In this document: positions 44,682-53,010 of the stretch, piece after piece
How the letters are laid out: each line of letters begins with the position of its first letter
How positions within the stretch are numbered: position 1 is the first letter of the stretch
Source: Parcubacteria group bacterium Gr01-1014_8
Lineage (GTDB): Bacteria; Patescibacteriota; Minisyncoccia; Phycocordibacterales; UBA2100
DNA: 64,000 nt
Reading direction: 5' to 3'
Assembly (NCBI GenBank): GCA_007376385.1
Contig: VMGC01000005.1
Span: 64,001 to 128,000, forward strand
Notes under the pieces: model-generated
Database searches by the model: none
What the model was told of the DNA's origin: nothing
What the model saw: the letters and a program-made list of their open reading frames with translations, nothing else
Translations under genes and position numbers: made by a program

Positions 44682-45452
44682 ATGCATAAAAAGTTCATCG
44701 AACTACTGAATATACCCGATCCAAAGATCCTGGAACCCAAAAAAGTGGGACCTAAACGCCTACAGATGGTCAACTTTGCACGAACGCTTTCTAGAGGAAC
44801 CTTAGAAAGCCCGCATGAACACAAGATTTGGAAAGTCAGGGCTTATTGGATTGGATTCCAAAAACCAGGAATTGAGACTGCTGCGGACGCGGAAACCAAT
44901 TACAAAGATGGTACTGTCGCTCCTAATCCTGACGACATGAAGCCCACTATATGGAAGTCGAATAAGATCATTAAAGCACCAGCGTCATTTGAAGAGATTT
45001 TTCACGTTTTTGAAAGACTTTTACGAAATGATGAAGAAAATGTTTTGGAGCTGCTTGCCGCCATCCTTTATAGAGATGCTTATTTGTTGGATTACGAGAT
45101 CAGTGATCAGCCGAACGCTGTCCCCGAATATAGGTTATCCCAAGATATACTTCAGGAACTTGAGAAACCGCTCTTCAGTGTTACTGGATTACCAGCTGAG
45201 GTTTATTTGAAATATTTGCAAATGATCGCATGGAATGAGGACGTCAAATATAACGCCTTAGGTTATAATATTGCGAAAGAGAAGACGGGCAGGCAGGGAA
45301 ATCTATTAACCTACACCCACTTGATTGCTGTGCTGTTAGGTAGGGCGCGATTAGCAAATTTTTGCTACGCATTTGCTCGAAGTGGAGGAGTAGCACCTAT
45401 AACGGGAATTGCTACCTGGGCAGCATTTCCTTGGCTTAGAAATGAGAAGTAA
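44682..45452 (+). CDS. Hypothetical protein divergent from dcm (candidate cognate restriction endonuclease or defence component)
   Basis: ~257 aa from the first ATG; the annotated ORF starts at a TTG at 44649. No recognisable motif. It lies in the low-GC island only ~33 nt from the dcm start. Confidence 0.45.
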   Translation: MHKKFIELLNIPDPKILEPKKVGPKRLQMVNFARTLSRGTLESPHEHKIWKVRAYWIGFQKPGIETAADAETNYKDGTVAPNPDDMKPTIWKSNKIIKAPASFEEIFHVFERLLRNDEENVLELLAAILYRDAYLLDYEISDQPNAVPEYRLSQDILQELEKPLFSVTGLPAEVYLKYLQMIAWNEDVKYNALGYNIAKEKTGRQGNLLTYTHLIAVLLGRARLANFCYAFARSGGVAPITGIATWAAFPWLRNEK

Positions 45453-45499
45453 TAATTTCTACCTTGCGAACGGATCCGCATCATTGGTACACTTCTTGA

Positions 45500-45760
45500 A
45501 TGAAAAAACTTCCATCTTCGGCGCATCATTTGGTAATGCCGTTCGTACTCTCGCTCCTAATGACAGCGATAGTGTCCGGAATATCTAGTGTACACGTTGC
45601 AGGATTTGCCGGTGCGCGCGAGGTATGGTTCGGCGCGTGGCTGTGGTCGTGGGCAGTAGCGTTTCCGGCGCTTCTCCTTGTGATGCCGATCGTCCGGAGG
45701 ATAGTTGCCTATATCGTGGAAGCGCCAGGTCAGCAGGAGTCGGACAAGAAGATGCAATAG
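45500..45760 (+). CDS. Small two-TM membrane protein (DUF2798-like)
   Basis: Two hydrophobic helices and a Trp-rich loop (AWLWSWAVAFP). Confidence 0.4.
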   Translation: MKKLPSSAHHLVMPFVLSLLMTAIVSGISSVHVAGFAGAREVWFGAWLWSWAVAFPALLLVMPIVRRIVAYIVEAPGQQESDKKMQ

Positions 45761-45769
45761 AGAACTCCG

Positions 45770-46072
45770 ATGAATGCGCAGCAGCTTAAAGAAAAAATGC
45801 AAAAGGGAGATGAGATGCTCCTTTTCGATATCCGAGAGAGTGAAGAGCTGGTGGATGTGCCGCCGATCGCGGGCTCGATCCATATGCCGATGGGCAGAAT
45901 GTTAGAGGAGGCGAATAGCGGGACGCTCCCCAATGATAAAAAGATGATCGCTATCTGCAGAACAGGCCGACGGAGCGATATCGTAGCTCGAGAACTTACC
46001 GAGAAGAGCTACGATATCGAGTCGCTGGAAGGGGGTGTAGTCGCGTGGCTGGAGGAAAAGAAAGCGGTATAA
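45770..46072 (+). CDS. Rhodanese-domain sulfurtransferase
   Basis: Active-site loop CRTGRRS in a ~100-aa single rhodanese domain. Confidence 0.8.
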   Translation: MNAQQLKEKMQKGDEMLLFDIRESEELVDVPPIAGSIHMPMGRMLEEANSGTLPNDKKMIAICRTGRRSDIVARELTEKSYDIESLEGGVVAWLEEKKAV

Positions 46073-46083
46073 TCCCACAGGAT

Positions 46084-46509
46084 ATGAAAACACAGTACAA
46101 ATTTGCATTCGTAGCGGTGCCGCTCGCGATCATCGCGTTTGCGCTGAGCCGTGTCATCTGGCCGGACCCAGCGGGCATGGCGGGGCCCAGCTCTTCGCTT
46201 ATTCCGCACTTCATTTTCCTCGGAGCTCTTGAGTCTCTTTCCTTCGGTCTCGGCGTCGCGTTTCTCATTTTCGGCTGGTCACGCGTGGTCGCCGCACTTC
46301 CTGAGAACAACGCGCTTGCGACAGCGTCGTTTGTAGCTATAGCGTGGATGCTCATTTCGTGGTGGCCGCACGACAACATGCACCGTGTAAACGGCATGGA
46401 GGATTTTGCAGGCCTCTTGCGCATCGAATACATTTTTCATTTCACGCTCATGATCTCTGCCTTTATCGTCGTGCTGTACCTGTGGAAATCCCTCGGCAAC
46501 CGCTCGTAA
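46084..46509 (+). CDS. Hypothetical integral membrane protein
   Basis: Four predicted TM helices. Start placed at the internal Met MKTQYKFAF. Confidence 0.45.
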   Translation: MKTQYKFAFVAVPLAIIAFALSRVIWPDPAGMAGPSSSLIPHFIFLGALESLSFGLGVAFLIFGWSRVVAALPENNALATASFVAIAWMLISWWPHDNMHRVNGMEDFAGLLRIEYIFHFTLMISAFIVVLYLWKSLGNRS

Positions 46510-46561
46510 TCATCTGAAATTTGCAGTTGTGCCTCCCGCGGGTGGGGTATAGAGTTCTCGC

Positions 46562-47449
46562 ATGAGGACCATCGTCAGCGTCCTGATCTCTATCATCGTC
46601 TTTTCTCCATTTGTTGTAAGTGCGAATTGGATAGATCCTGTGCGCGACGACCAGCTTTTGTACGAGGATTGCAAGACTTACCTGCCTACGGTTGGCAGTC
46701 TTCTTGGAGGAGCTGCGGGGGCGGCGTTTGCCGCCGGGACGGGTGGTCTTGGATCAGTTGCCGCGTTGTCGTTCGGGGTGGCAGGGACCGCTGCCGGCGT
46801 CGTGTTTTGCGACGCGTTCCATAAAAAGTCAGACTCATCGACCATCGGCGATGCAGGCATCCGCATTTTGTCGAACCCGACCTACTACATTCGCGCGCTT
46901 GATACTGATCAGTCAATAAATCCCGGTTACCTTCTTCCGTATACCGGATTCAAAATGTTGCTGGGAGCGGCCGATGTCTTTACGCGCGAGATTCCACCGA
47001 CGAAGCCGAAAGTGGAGGAAAGTCCGGTAGAGGTCGTGGTGGTGGTCGAAGAGAAAACGAGCGACGCCATCCCCGTGTCTCAACAAATCCAGGAGGAGAG
47101 TGCGCCGCCGGAGCAGGCGACGAAAAAAAACGGCGATCTGCATGGGAAATGGAGTGCGGCGTGGCGCGCATATGATGGGCAGTCGGGAACATCGGAAATG
47201 GAAATACAGCATCATGCGGACTCGGCTCAATTTTCCGGCACGGGGACGCAATTGTTCAAGGGAGTGACAACCGCATTTACCATTGAGGGCACAGTGCAGA
47301 GCAGCCATGTGACGGTGACCATGGAATTTCCGACGATACCGGACACGGTGATATACGAGGGAGCCCTCAACCGCAACTATGGAAGCGGGAAATGGACGAA
47401 CACACTTCAGAATTCTGGCACATGGTCGATGACCAGAGACAGTAGGTAG
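46562..47449 (+). CDS. Hypothetical secreted protein
   Basis: Signal peptide, a Gly/Ala-rich segment, an acidic linker and a beta-rich C-terminal domain. Confidence 0.45.
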   Translation: MRTIVSVLISIIVFSPFVVSANWIDPVRDDQLLYEDCKTYLPTVGSLLGGAAGAAFAAGTGGLGSVAALSFGVAGTAAGVVFCDAFHKKSDSSTIGDAGIRILSNPTYYIRALDTDQSINPGYLLPYTGFKMLLGAADVFTREIPPTKPKVEESPVEVVVVVEEKTSDAIPVSQQIQEESAPPEQATKKNGDLHGKWSAAWRAYDGQSGTSEMEIQHHADSAQFSGTGTQLFKGVTTAFTIEGTVQSSHVTVTMEFPTIPDTVIYEGALNRNYGSGKWTNTLQNSGTWSMTRDSR

Positions 47450-47483
47450 CTCTTTATTTACTATTCATGACGAACATAACAGT

Positions 47484-47816
47484 ATGATGAGCAAAGCATT
47501 GATAGGAATTACAGTGTTGGTGGTTGCAGTGTTGGCAGTTTTCTATGTAGGTAATCAGGTCGTCCAGACGACACCTCTTAGCAGTGCGGACGGTCCGTTT
47601 CAGTACGAAATAATGGATCCGCCGCTTGAGTGTTTACAACAGGCAATGGAAGCATCAAAAAGCATTACTGATCTGGGGCAGAGGTTGATAGCGGAGCAAC
47701 GTGCGCAAAGTGACTGCGTCGTTCAAAAACTGAACGAAAAAGGCGCCCTCGGCTGGGAGCTTGTTCTCGTTCGAGAAACCCAACCCATCCCGACATACAT
47801 CTTCAAGAAGAGATAA
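47484..47816 (+). CDS. Hypothetical membrane-anchored protein (DUF4177-like C-terminus)
   Basis: N-terminal TM anchor. C-terminal ..GWELVLVRET....YIFKKR. Confidence 0.4.
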   Translation: MMSKALIGITVLVVAVLAVFYVGNQVVQTTPLSSADGPFQYEIMDPPLECLQQAMEASKSITDLGQRLIAEQRAQSDCVVQKLNEKGALGWELVLVRETQPIPTYIFKKR

Positions 47817-47829
47817 TATTTGCATCAAG

Positions 47830-48033
47830 TCATCGCTTTTGACGCATAAGATAGAGTATGAGTGCAACGAGAAAACAGGCGCCTGCGAGAATAACAGCAA
47901 ATCCGATATAGATGGGAAACACAATGACCTCCACGACCCTAGGCGGGTCAGTTATTACCTGCAAAAACAAATAGCTCGCACCGCCGAGCGCAAGAATTCC
48001 AAAGATGAAGAAGGTTTTGCTCGCTGCAATCAT
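47830..48033 (-). CDS. Small two-TM membrane protein
   Basis: 67 aa with two hydrophobic helices. Confidence 0.35.
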   Translation of the reverse strand: MIAASKTFFIFGILALGGASYLFLQVITDPPRVVEVIVFPIYIGFAVILAGACFLVALILYLMRQKR

Positions 48034-48265
48034 GCCTTCAATACTACAATGTTTTGCGGAGTCGAGAACAAGCCAGCCTAGCCGCTTCGTCTTTGAGAAG
48101 AGCCGCCTCGGTTCTTGTTGACTCGATACTGTGGAATGGGCGGCCGCCTCCCTTTACCCGCCTGGTCGTTTTGACGTTTCCACTTTTCTTCTTTCATGCA
48201 CGCCAGTGTATCATGGCCTCCTTCAAACGTTGGTATACTTCACAGATAGCAGCTAACTTTTTTAT

Positions 48266-48529
48266 ATGCATACAAATGCTTCAAAAGCAGGGCAAGTGGG
48301 CGCGATATTTTTAGGAGGAGTGCACGTATTGTGGTCGGCTCTCGTCCTTCTCGGATGGGCGCAGCCGCTGGTGAACTTCTCGATGTGGGCACACATGGTA
48401 GAGAAGGGTATTACCATCAAGCCGTTTGAATTTGGCGCAGCGATCACCGTCATCATTGTTGCAAGCTGTGTTGGATATTGCGTCGGATACGCACTCTCCA
48501 CGATCTGGAACAAAGTGCACCGCGCATAG
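48266..48529 (+). CDS. Small membrane protein
   Basis: 87 aa with two to three hydrophobic segments. An ORF of similar size overlaps it on the opposite strand, so the strand assignment is uncertain. Confidence 0.35.
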   Translation: MHTNASKAGQVGAIFLGGVHVLWSALVLLGWAQPLVNFSMWAHMVEKGITIKPFEFGAAITVIIVASCVGYCVGYALSTIWNKVHRA

Positions 48530-48536
48530 ATCTTCT

Positions 48537-48705
48537 AGGTGCGGCCTCCCAAAATACCAAACTGACCGAGGGACCTGCATGCGCGTGTCCTTTGTTTTGT
48601 TACTTGCGCAGAATACCCCGTAGCTCTGCTGCGGGGATAAATGCGCAAGAGCGGAGGGGGTCGGGGAACCGCGTTCGGTTCCCCGTGGAGGAGAGCAGAG
48701 CCGCA
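48537..48705 (+). promoter_or_regulatory. Structured leader region upstream of basic-protein gene (long-range stem AGGTGCGGC...GCCGCACCT)
   Basis: The 9-nt ends pair across ~160 nt. An internal perfect hairpin GGGGAACCG-CGTT-CGGTTCCCC is present, and a T-run precedes the ATG at 48722. Confidence 0.35.
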
Positions 48706-48721
48706 CCTAACATTTTTTGAT

Positions 48722-49231
48722 ATGGCGACGACAAAACAACGACGAGCAGCAAAGAGGAATATCAAGCGCGCGCAGAAGGCGTGGAAGGGAATGACGAAGC
48801 GACAGCACACGCTCGCGCAACCGCAGGGACGCATCAGAAAAAAGCCGGGTTCGACAGGAAGGGGGCGTTTCTATCGCGTCATGGTGCGGCCTAAGGGCGA
48901 GTTCGTTTCATTCCGCGTGCAGGATGTGGGAAAGAAGGGCGGGCTGGAACGTCTGGCGGGAAGGCGCTCGAGCGGGAGCTGGGACACGGTGTCGTGGCTC
49001 GTTGGCAAGAATGCGGCGCGTGTTACATCAAATGGTCAGCTGAAGATCACGGGAAAGAAAGAGAAAACCGCACTCAAACAGATACGCGGTCCCATCGTGC
49101 ATGTGAAGGGTGACATTTTCCGCGCGCATCCGGCGCGCAATGTGCCGGAGGGCGAGAAGCCCACGGCCGCGATGCGCCGTGCACAGAGAAAAAATATCAA
49201 AAAGGCGCAGAGAGCGAGGAGGCGAGGATAG
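48722..49231 (+). CDS. Hypothetical highly basic protein
   Basis: Lys/Arg-rich. RRAAKRNIKRAQKAW is repeated near the C-terminus as RRAQRKNIKKAQRARR. Start placed at the internal ATG downstream of the structured leader. Confidence 0.45.
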   Translation: MATTKQRRAAKRNIKRAQKAWKGMTKRQHTLAQPQGRIRKKPGSTGRGRFYRVMVRPKGEFVSFRVQDVGKKGGLERLAGRRSSGSWDTVSWLVGKNAARVTSNGQLKITGKKEKTALKQIRGPIVHVKGDIFRAHPARNVPEGEKPTAAMRRAQRKNIKKAQRARRRG

Positions 49232-49249
49232 CCTGTTACAATACGCCCT

Positions 49250-50566
49250 GTGGAATCGGTTGTCGTACTCGTTGACGCGCTCACGGAACTCTTTCACAGG
49301 GCGATAGAGACTGCGCTGCTCGTCGTCAGTATTTCTCCTTTGATCGCGGTAGCGGGAGTGCTGCTTTTTCTACTGGTGATCGCTGCGTACTTAGCGCTGA
49401 GCGCTCGGTGGACTGCAGAGCAGCATGTTGCAGATCTTGTGCATAAGATAGATGCCGTATCTGAAAAACTGAGCGAAGCCGAAAAGATAGGAAAGTTTGG
49501 GAGTTTTACCTGGGACATTGAAGATCCCTCTGAATCGTTCTGGTCGGAGGAAATGTACGCGCTCACGGGACTTTTTCAGAGAGATAAACCTCCCGCTATT
49601 GAGGCGATGGTAGAGGTGGCGCATAAAGCAGATAAAGAAGCAGTACGAACGGCATGGAAAAGCGCAATGATGCGAGCTGGTCCATTCACATTTACTTATC
49701 GTATCGTTCTCGGATCAGAACAGATACGGCACGTGCGCGTACATGGAGTGACCAGCGTGACCAGTGTGGGCAGCGAGAAGCGCCTGCTTCGTATTACCGG
49801 CGTCATGCACGACATCACGAAAGAAATGGAGATAGATAAAGCGAAATCAGAATTCGTTTCGCTTGCGTCGCATCAATTAAAGACGCCGCTCACGTCTATT
49901 CGATGGCTTTCCGAGGCTCTCCTCGGGGGAAAAGCCGGGGAACTTGTCGAAAAGGAGAAGGAATATGTGAGCCAAATACTCGACGCGAACCGGCGGATGG
50001 TGGAAATGGTGAACGAACTTCTGAATGTATCCAAGATCGAGCTCGGAACGTTCGCAACGGATCTTGAAGAGTTTGATGTGTGTGACCTTCTTGCGCGTGT
50101 GGTTGAAGAGCAAAAGCACATGGTTGATGCGAAGAGCATCGCGCTTCGATGTATCTGTGCGTCGGATGTGCCGCATCTTCAGGGGGACAAGGCGATGGTG
50201 AGGATGATCCTCCAAAATCTTGTTTCCAACGCTATTAAATACACCCTGGCCAAGGGTTCTGTTGAATGCGAGATAACGACGGGCGGCGCAAGGCAAGACA
50301 TGCTTTTTATTCGCGTCTCCGACACCGGTATCGGCATTCCGAAAGCGGAGCAGGGCAGAGTGTTCGAGAAATTGCACCGTGCATCGAACGCGGCAGAACT
50401 CGTGCCGGATGGTACCGGTCTTGGATTGTACGTCGTCAAATCTATTGCTGAGAAGACAGGCGGAAATGCAACGTTTGATTCCATCGAAGGCAAGGGCACG
50501 ACGTTTCGTGTTTCGGTGCCGCTTGTATGGAAGGAAAATTATGAGAAGAAATCGGTCGAAATGTAG
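49250..50566 (+). CDS. Sensor histidine kinase with PAS domain
   Basis: N-terminal TM region, a PAS-like segment, H-box LASHQLKTPLTSIRWL, and HATPase motifs (NAIKYT, DTGIGI, GTGLGLYVV). GTG start. Confidence 0.85.
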   Translation: MESVVVLVDALTELFHRAIETALLVVSISPLIAVAGVLLFLLVIAAYLALSARWTAEQHVADLVHKIDAVSEKLSEAEKIGKFGSFTWDIEDPSESFWSEEMYALTGLFQRDKPPAIEAMVEVAHKADKEAVRTAWKSAMMRAGPFTFTYRIVLGSEQIRHVRVHGVTSVTSVGSEKRLLRITGVMHDITKEMEIDKAKSEFVSLASHQLKTPLTSIRWLSEALLGGKAGELVEKEKEYVSQILDANRRMVEMVNELLNVSKIELGTFATDLEEFDVCDLLARVVEEQKHMVDAKSIALRCICASDVPHLQGDKAMVRMILQNLVSNAIKYTLAKGSVECEITTGGARQDMLFIRVSDTGIGIPKAEQGRVFEKLHRASNAAELVPDGTGLGLYVVKSIAEKTGGNATFDSIEGKGTTFRVSVPLVWKENYEKKSVEM

Positions 50567-50587
50567 AGTGCTACACTAAAGAGAAAT

Positions 50588-50974
50588 ATGAGCGAAAAGA
50601 AACAGACCGTTCTTCTCGTCGAAGATGAGGCGCCAGCTGCACTTGTCCTTTTCGCCGCGCTCGAAAGTGAAGGATATATGGTTCTGAAGGCGACAGACGG
50701 CAAAGAGGGCCTCGCGCTAGCGCTCGCTAACCATCCGGATGTCATTCTTGCAGACCTAAAAATGCCGAAGATGGGCGGCATGGAGATGATCCACGAGATA
50801 CGGCAGGACTCCTGGGGGAAGAAAGCAGAAATAATCATTCTGACGAATGTGACGGATGAAAAGAGCCTGGAAGAAGCGATGAGCGAGGGGACGTTCCACT
50901 ACATGGTGAAGGGGGATTCGAGCGTAGCCGATATCGTCGCAAAGGTTCGCTCGCGGCTCTCTCCGACACAGTAG
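50588..50974 (+). CDS. Single-domain response regulator (CheY-like receiver)
   Basis: LLVEDE..D...ILADLKMPKMGG..K.. Confidence 0.85.
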   Translation: MSEKKQTVLLVEDEAPAALVLFAALESEGYMVLKATDGKEGLALALANHPDVILADLKMPKMGGMEMIHEIRQDSWGKKAEIIILTNVTDEKSLEEAMSEGTFHYMVKGDSSVADIVAKVRSRLSPTQ

Positions 50975-51026
50975 CGTTTTCCACTCTTGGATACCTTTCA
51001 TATCAAAGAATGTGTAGAATAGCCGC

Positions 51027-51554
51027 ATGGAATACACCATCAAGCGTTCGCGGCGCGCAAAGTATATGCGCCTTCGCGTGCATCCCGGCGGCGTTGTGAT
51101 CTTGACGGTGCCATACGCGAGCGAGGCAACTGCAATTCAGCAATTTGTATCGAGGCAGGCCGAGTGGCTGAAGTGGGCCGTGCGCAAAATGATGCAGTAT
51201 AAGGCCTTGCCGGTCTCCGGGAGGAGGGATTATTTGAAATTCAAGGAAGATGCGAGGAGTTTTCTGCACGAGCGCGTTGCGTATTGGAATGCACACTACA
51301 ACTTTTCATTCCGGCGCATCGCAATAAAGAATACTAGCCGCACATGGGGAAGTTGTTCGAAGAAGGGGAATTTGAACTTCTCTTTTTCACTTCTTTTTCT
51401 TCCGAAAGAACTTGCCGACTACGTTGTTGTGCATGAACTCAGTCACTTGGCGCATCCGAACCATTCCCGCTCGTTTTGGGCGGAGATAGCAAAGACCATC
51501 CCAGATTTTCAGGCGCGCCGACAAGAATTGAAGCGGTACATGCCGCGCAGTTAG
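51027..51554 (+). CDS. DUF45/YgjP-like zinc metallohydrolase
   Basis: HExxH (VVHELSHLAHPNHS) in a ~175-aa YgjP-type protein. Confidence 0.7.
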   Translation: MEYTIKRSRRAKYMRLRVHPGGVVILTVPYASEATAIQQFVSRQAEWLKWAVRKMMQYKALPVSGRRDYLKFKEDARSFLHERVAYWNAHYNFSFRRIAIKNTSRTWGSCSKKGNLNFSFSLLFLPKELADYVVVHELSHLAHPNHSRSFWAEIAKTIPDFQARRQELKRYMPRS

Positions 51555-51566
51555 AACACAGAAAGC

Positions 51567-51604
51567 AAAAAGCGCCCCGCCTAAAGAGGCGGGGCGCTTC
51601 GTTT
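51567..51604. terminator. Rho-independent terminator (AGCGCCCCGCC-TAAAGA-GGCGGGGCGCT), bidirectional
   Basis: GC-rich 11-bp stem flanked by an A-run and a T-run. An inverse copy lies at 52395-52438. Confidence 0.65.
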
Positions 51605-51611
51605 GAGATGA

Positions 51612-52283
51612 TTAAAGACCGATCTCTACTTCTGTCGAACCTTCCATCTTCGTTTTACTTCCTGCTTCTGCACTCGAACCTCCTTCTGCATGCGCCGATG
51701 TCTCGCTTTTGACGGTGGCCGGACCGACGTGAATGTCAGCTGTTCCGTCGCCGTTCACGTCGCCCGCTGTGACATTGATGTCAGCGGTACCATCGCCGCT
51801 GACGTCCCCTGCGGCGACACCTGCGCGAGCCCGGATGTTCTGGATGATGTTCTTGAGGCTTGTGTGGGCTTCTGCTGAAGCACTGCCTTTCACGTTCGTT
51901 TCGACATTGCTGAATGCGTTGATAGCAGTGTTGATGCGCGTAAGGACCGATACCGCAGCTTCCGTCTTGCCGGACGTGCTAAGTTCGTTGGCTGCTTGAA
52001 GCGCGGCTTCTGCATGCGACGAAAATTCTGCTCCCAATTCTGCAGCAACGTCAGCATCCAATTCGCCGCGGGCGCTAAGTTCTGCGGCTTCTTGCAAGCG
52101 GCGTTCGGTAACGCGTGCTTGCCAGTTCGCTTCTGCTTCGCTCGAAACCGTAAGTGCAGCACGGACGTTTTCGTTCACCGACGTTTTCATGCCGTAGAGG
52201 ACGTCTCCCGGGACAGCATTTTCGGCGGCAAAAGAGGCTCCGCCTCCAAGTGCCAAGATCACTACTAGAATGATTGCAATCAT
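51612..52283 (-). CDS. Hypothetical secreted protein (DUF5667-like N-terminus)
   Basis: Signal peptide. ..PGDVLYGMK..EN.. N-terminal motif and an Ala/Glu-rich helical segment. Confidence 0.5.
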   Translation of the reverse strand: MIAIILVVILALGGGASFAAENAVPGDVLYGMKTSVNENVRAALTVSSEAEANWQARVTERRLQEAAELSARGELDADVAAELGAEFSSHAEAALQAANELSTSGKTEAAVSVLTRINTAINAFSNVETNVKGSASAEAHTSLKNIIQNIRARAGVAAGDVSGDGTADINVTAGDVNGDGTADIHVGPATVKSETSAHAEGGSSAEAGSKTKMEGSTEVEIGL

Positions 52284-52394
52284 ATTGACTAATTAACTTG
52301 TGTTACGTGTAATGACCGCCACGCGGGCGGACGAATATTGAGACGATATACGTCATTAAGTCTTACACGGTCTGTCAAGCCTATTCGGAGGGGC

Positions 52395-52438
52395 AAAAAG
52401 AAAGCGCCCCGCCTCTTTAGGCGGGGCGCTTCTTTCTT
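52395..52438. terminator. Rho-independent terminator, inverse copy of 51567-51604
   Basis: Same stem AGCGCCCCGCC with the loop inverted (TCTTTA), flanked by an A-run and a T-run. Confidence 0.6.
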
Positions 52439-52448
52439 GACCGGCACG

Positions 52449-52517
52449 TGGCTCGCTTACGCGGCCACACTTGGATTTTCTAAAGCCGGCATACGCCCGC
52501 TTTAGAAGATCTCGGCG
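52449..52517 (+). repeat. Hairpin repeat family 2, copy 2 (immediately 3' of csp)
   Basis: GGCTCGCTTACGCGGCCACACTTGGATTTTCTAAAGCCGGCATACGCCCGCTTTAGAAGATCTCGGCG. It forms an inverted pair with 52936-52999. Confidence 0.6.
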
Positions 52518-52736
52518 TTATGCCATCGGCTGAGCAACTGCTCGGCTGACCTGAGTCGCGTTCGGACCTTTCGGAGAGTCCACGACTTCAAACGTCAATT
52601 TGTCACCTTCTCGAAGCTCGTCGAATGTAACGCCGACAAGCTCTTTGGAGTGGAAGAAGACATCCTTCTCCTGCCCCTCGATCTTGATGAACCCAAATCC
52701 TTTATCAGTGATTCGGGCGATTGTTCCTGTTTGCAT
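52518..52736 (-). CDS. csp: Cold-shock protein (CspA family)
   Basis: RNP motifs GFGFI and VFFH in a ~72-aa product from the internal Met MQTGTIARI. Confidence 0.9.
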   Translation of the reverse strand: MQTGTIARITDKGFGFIKIEGQEKDVFFHSKELVGVTFDELREGDKLTFEVVDSPKGPNATQVSRAVAQPMA

Positions 52737-52935
52737 AATGAAATGAAAATAGAATTGGTAAAAACATGCTCGCAACGCGCTATAGAGTTTAATCCAAGTG
52801 GTCGCAGGTAAGTATCAAAAGCAGTGTGCTGGGAGTTGTAGGTCGATCCCTCTTCTCTGGATCAGCCCTGAAATTGATGCCCGAAGGGTATCACACGCTT
52901 TCTCGCTTGTCCAGTCCTAAAAGAGGGGTATACTG

Positions 52936-52999
52936 CGCCGAGATTTTCTTAGCGGGTACGCCCGCTTTAGAAAATCCAAGTGTGGTCGCGAAGCGAGCC
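52936..52999 (-). repeat. Hairpin repeat family 2, copy 3 (inverted; upstream of csp)
   Basis: Reverse complement of the 52449-52517 / 34405-34460 element. The spurious ORFs 52826..53014 and 34195..34467 share the peptide AEIFLAGTPA(L/S)ENPSVV because of it. Confidence 0.6.
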
Positions 53000-53010
53000 A
53001 CCGCCCTGTT

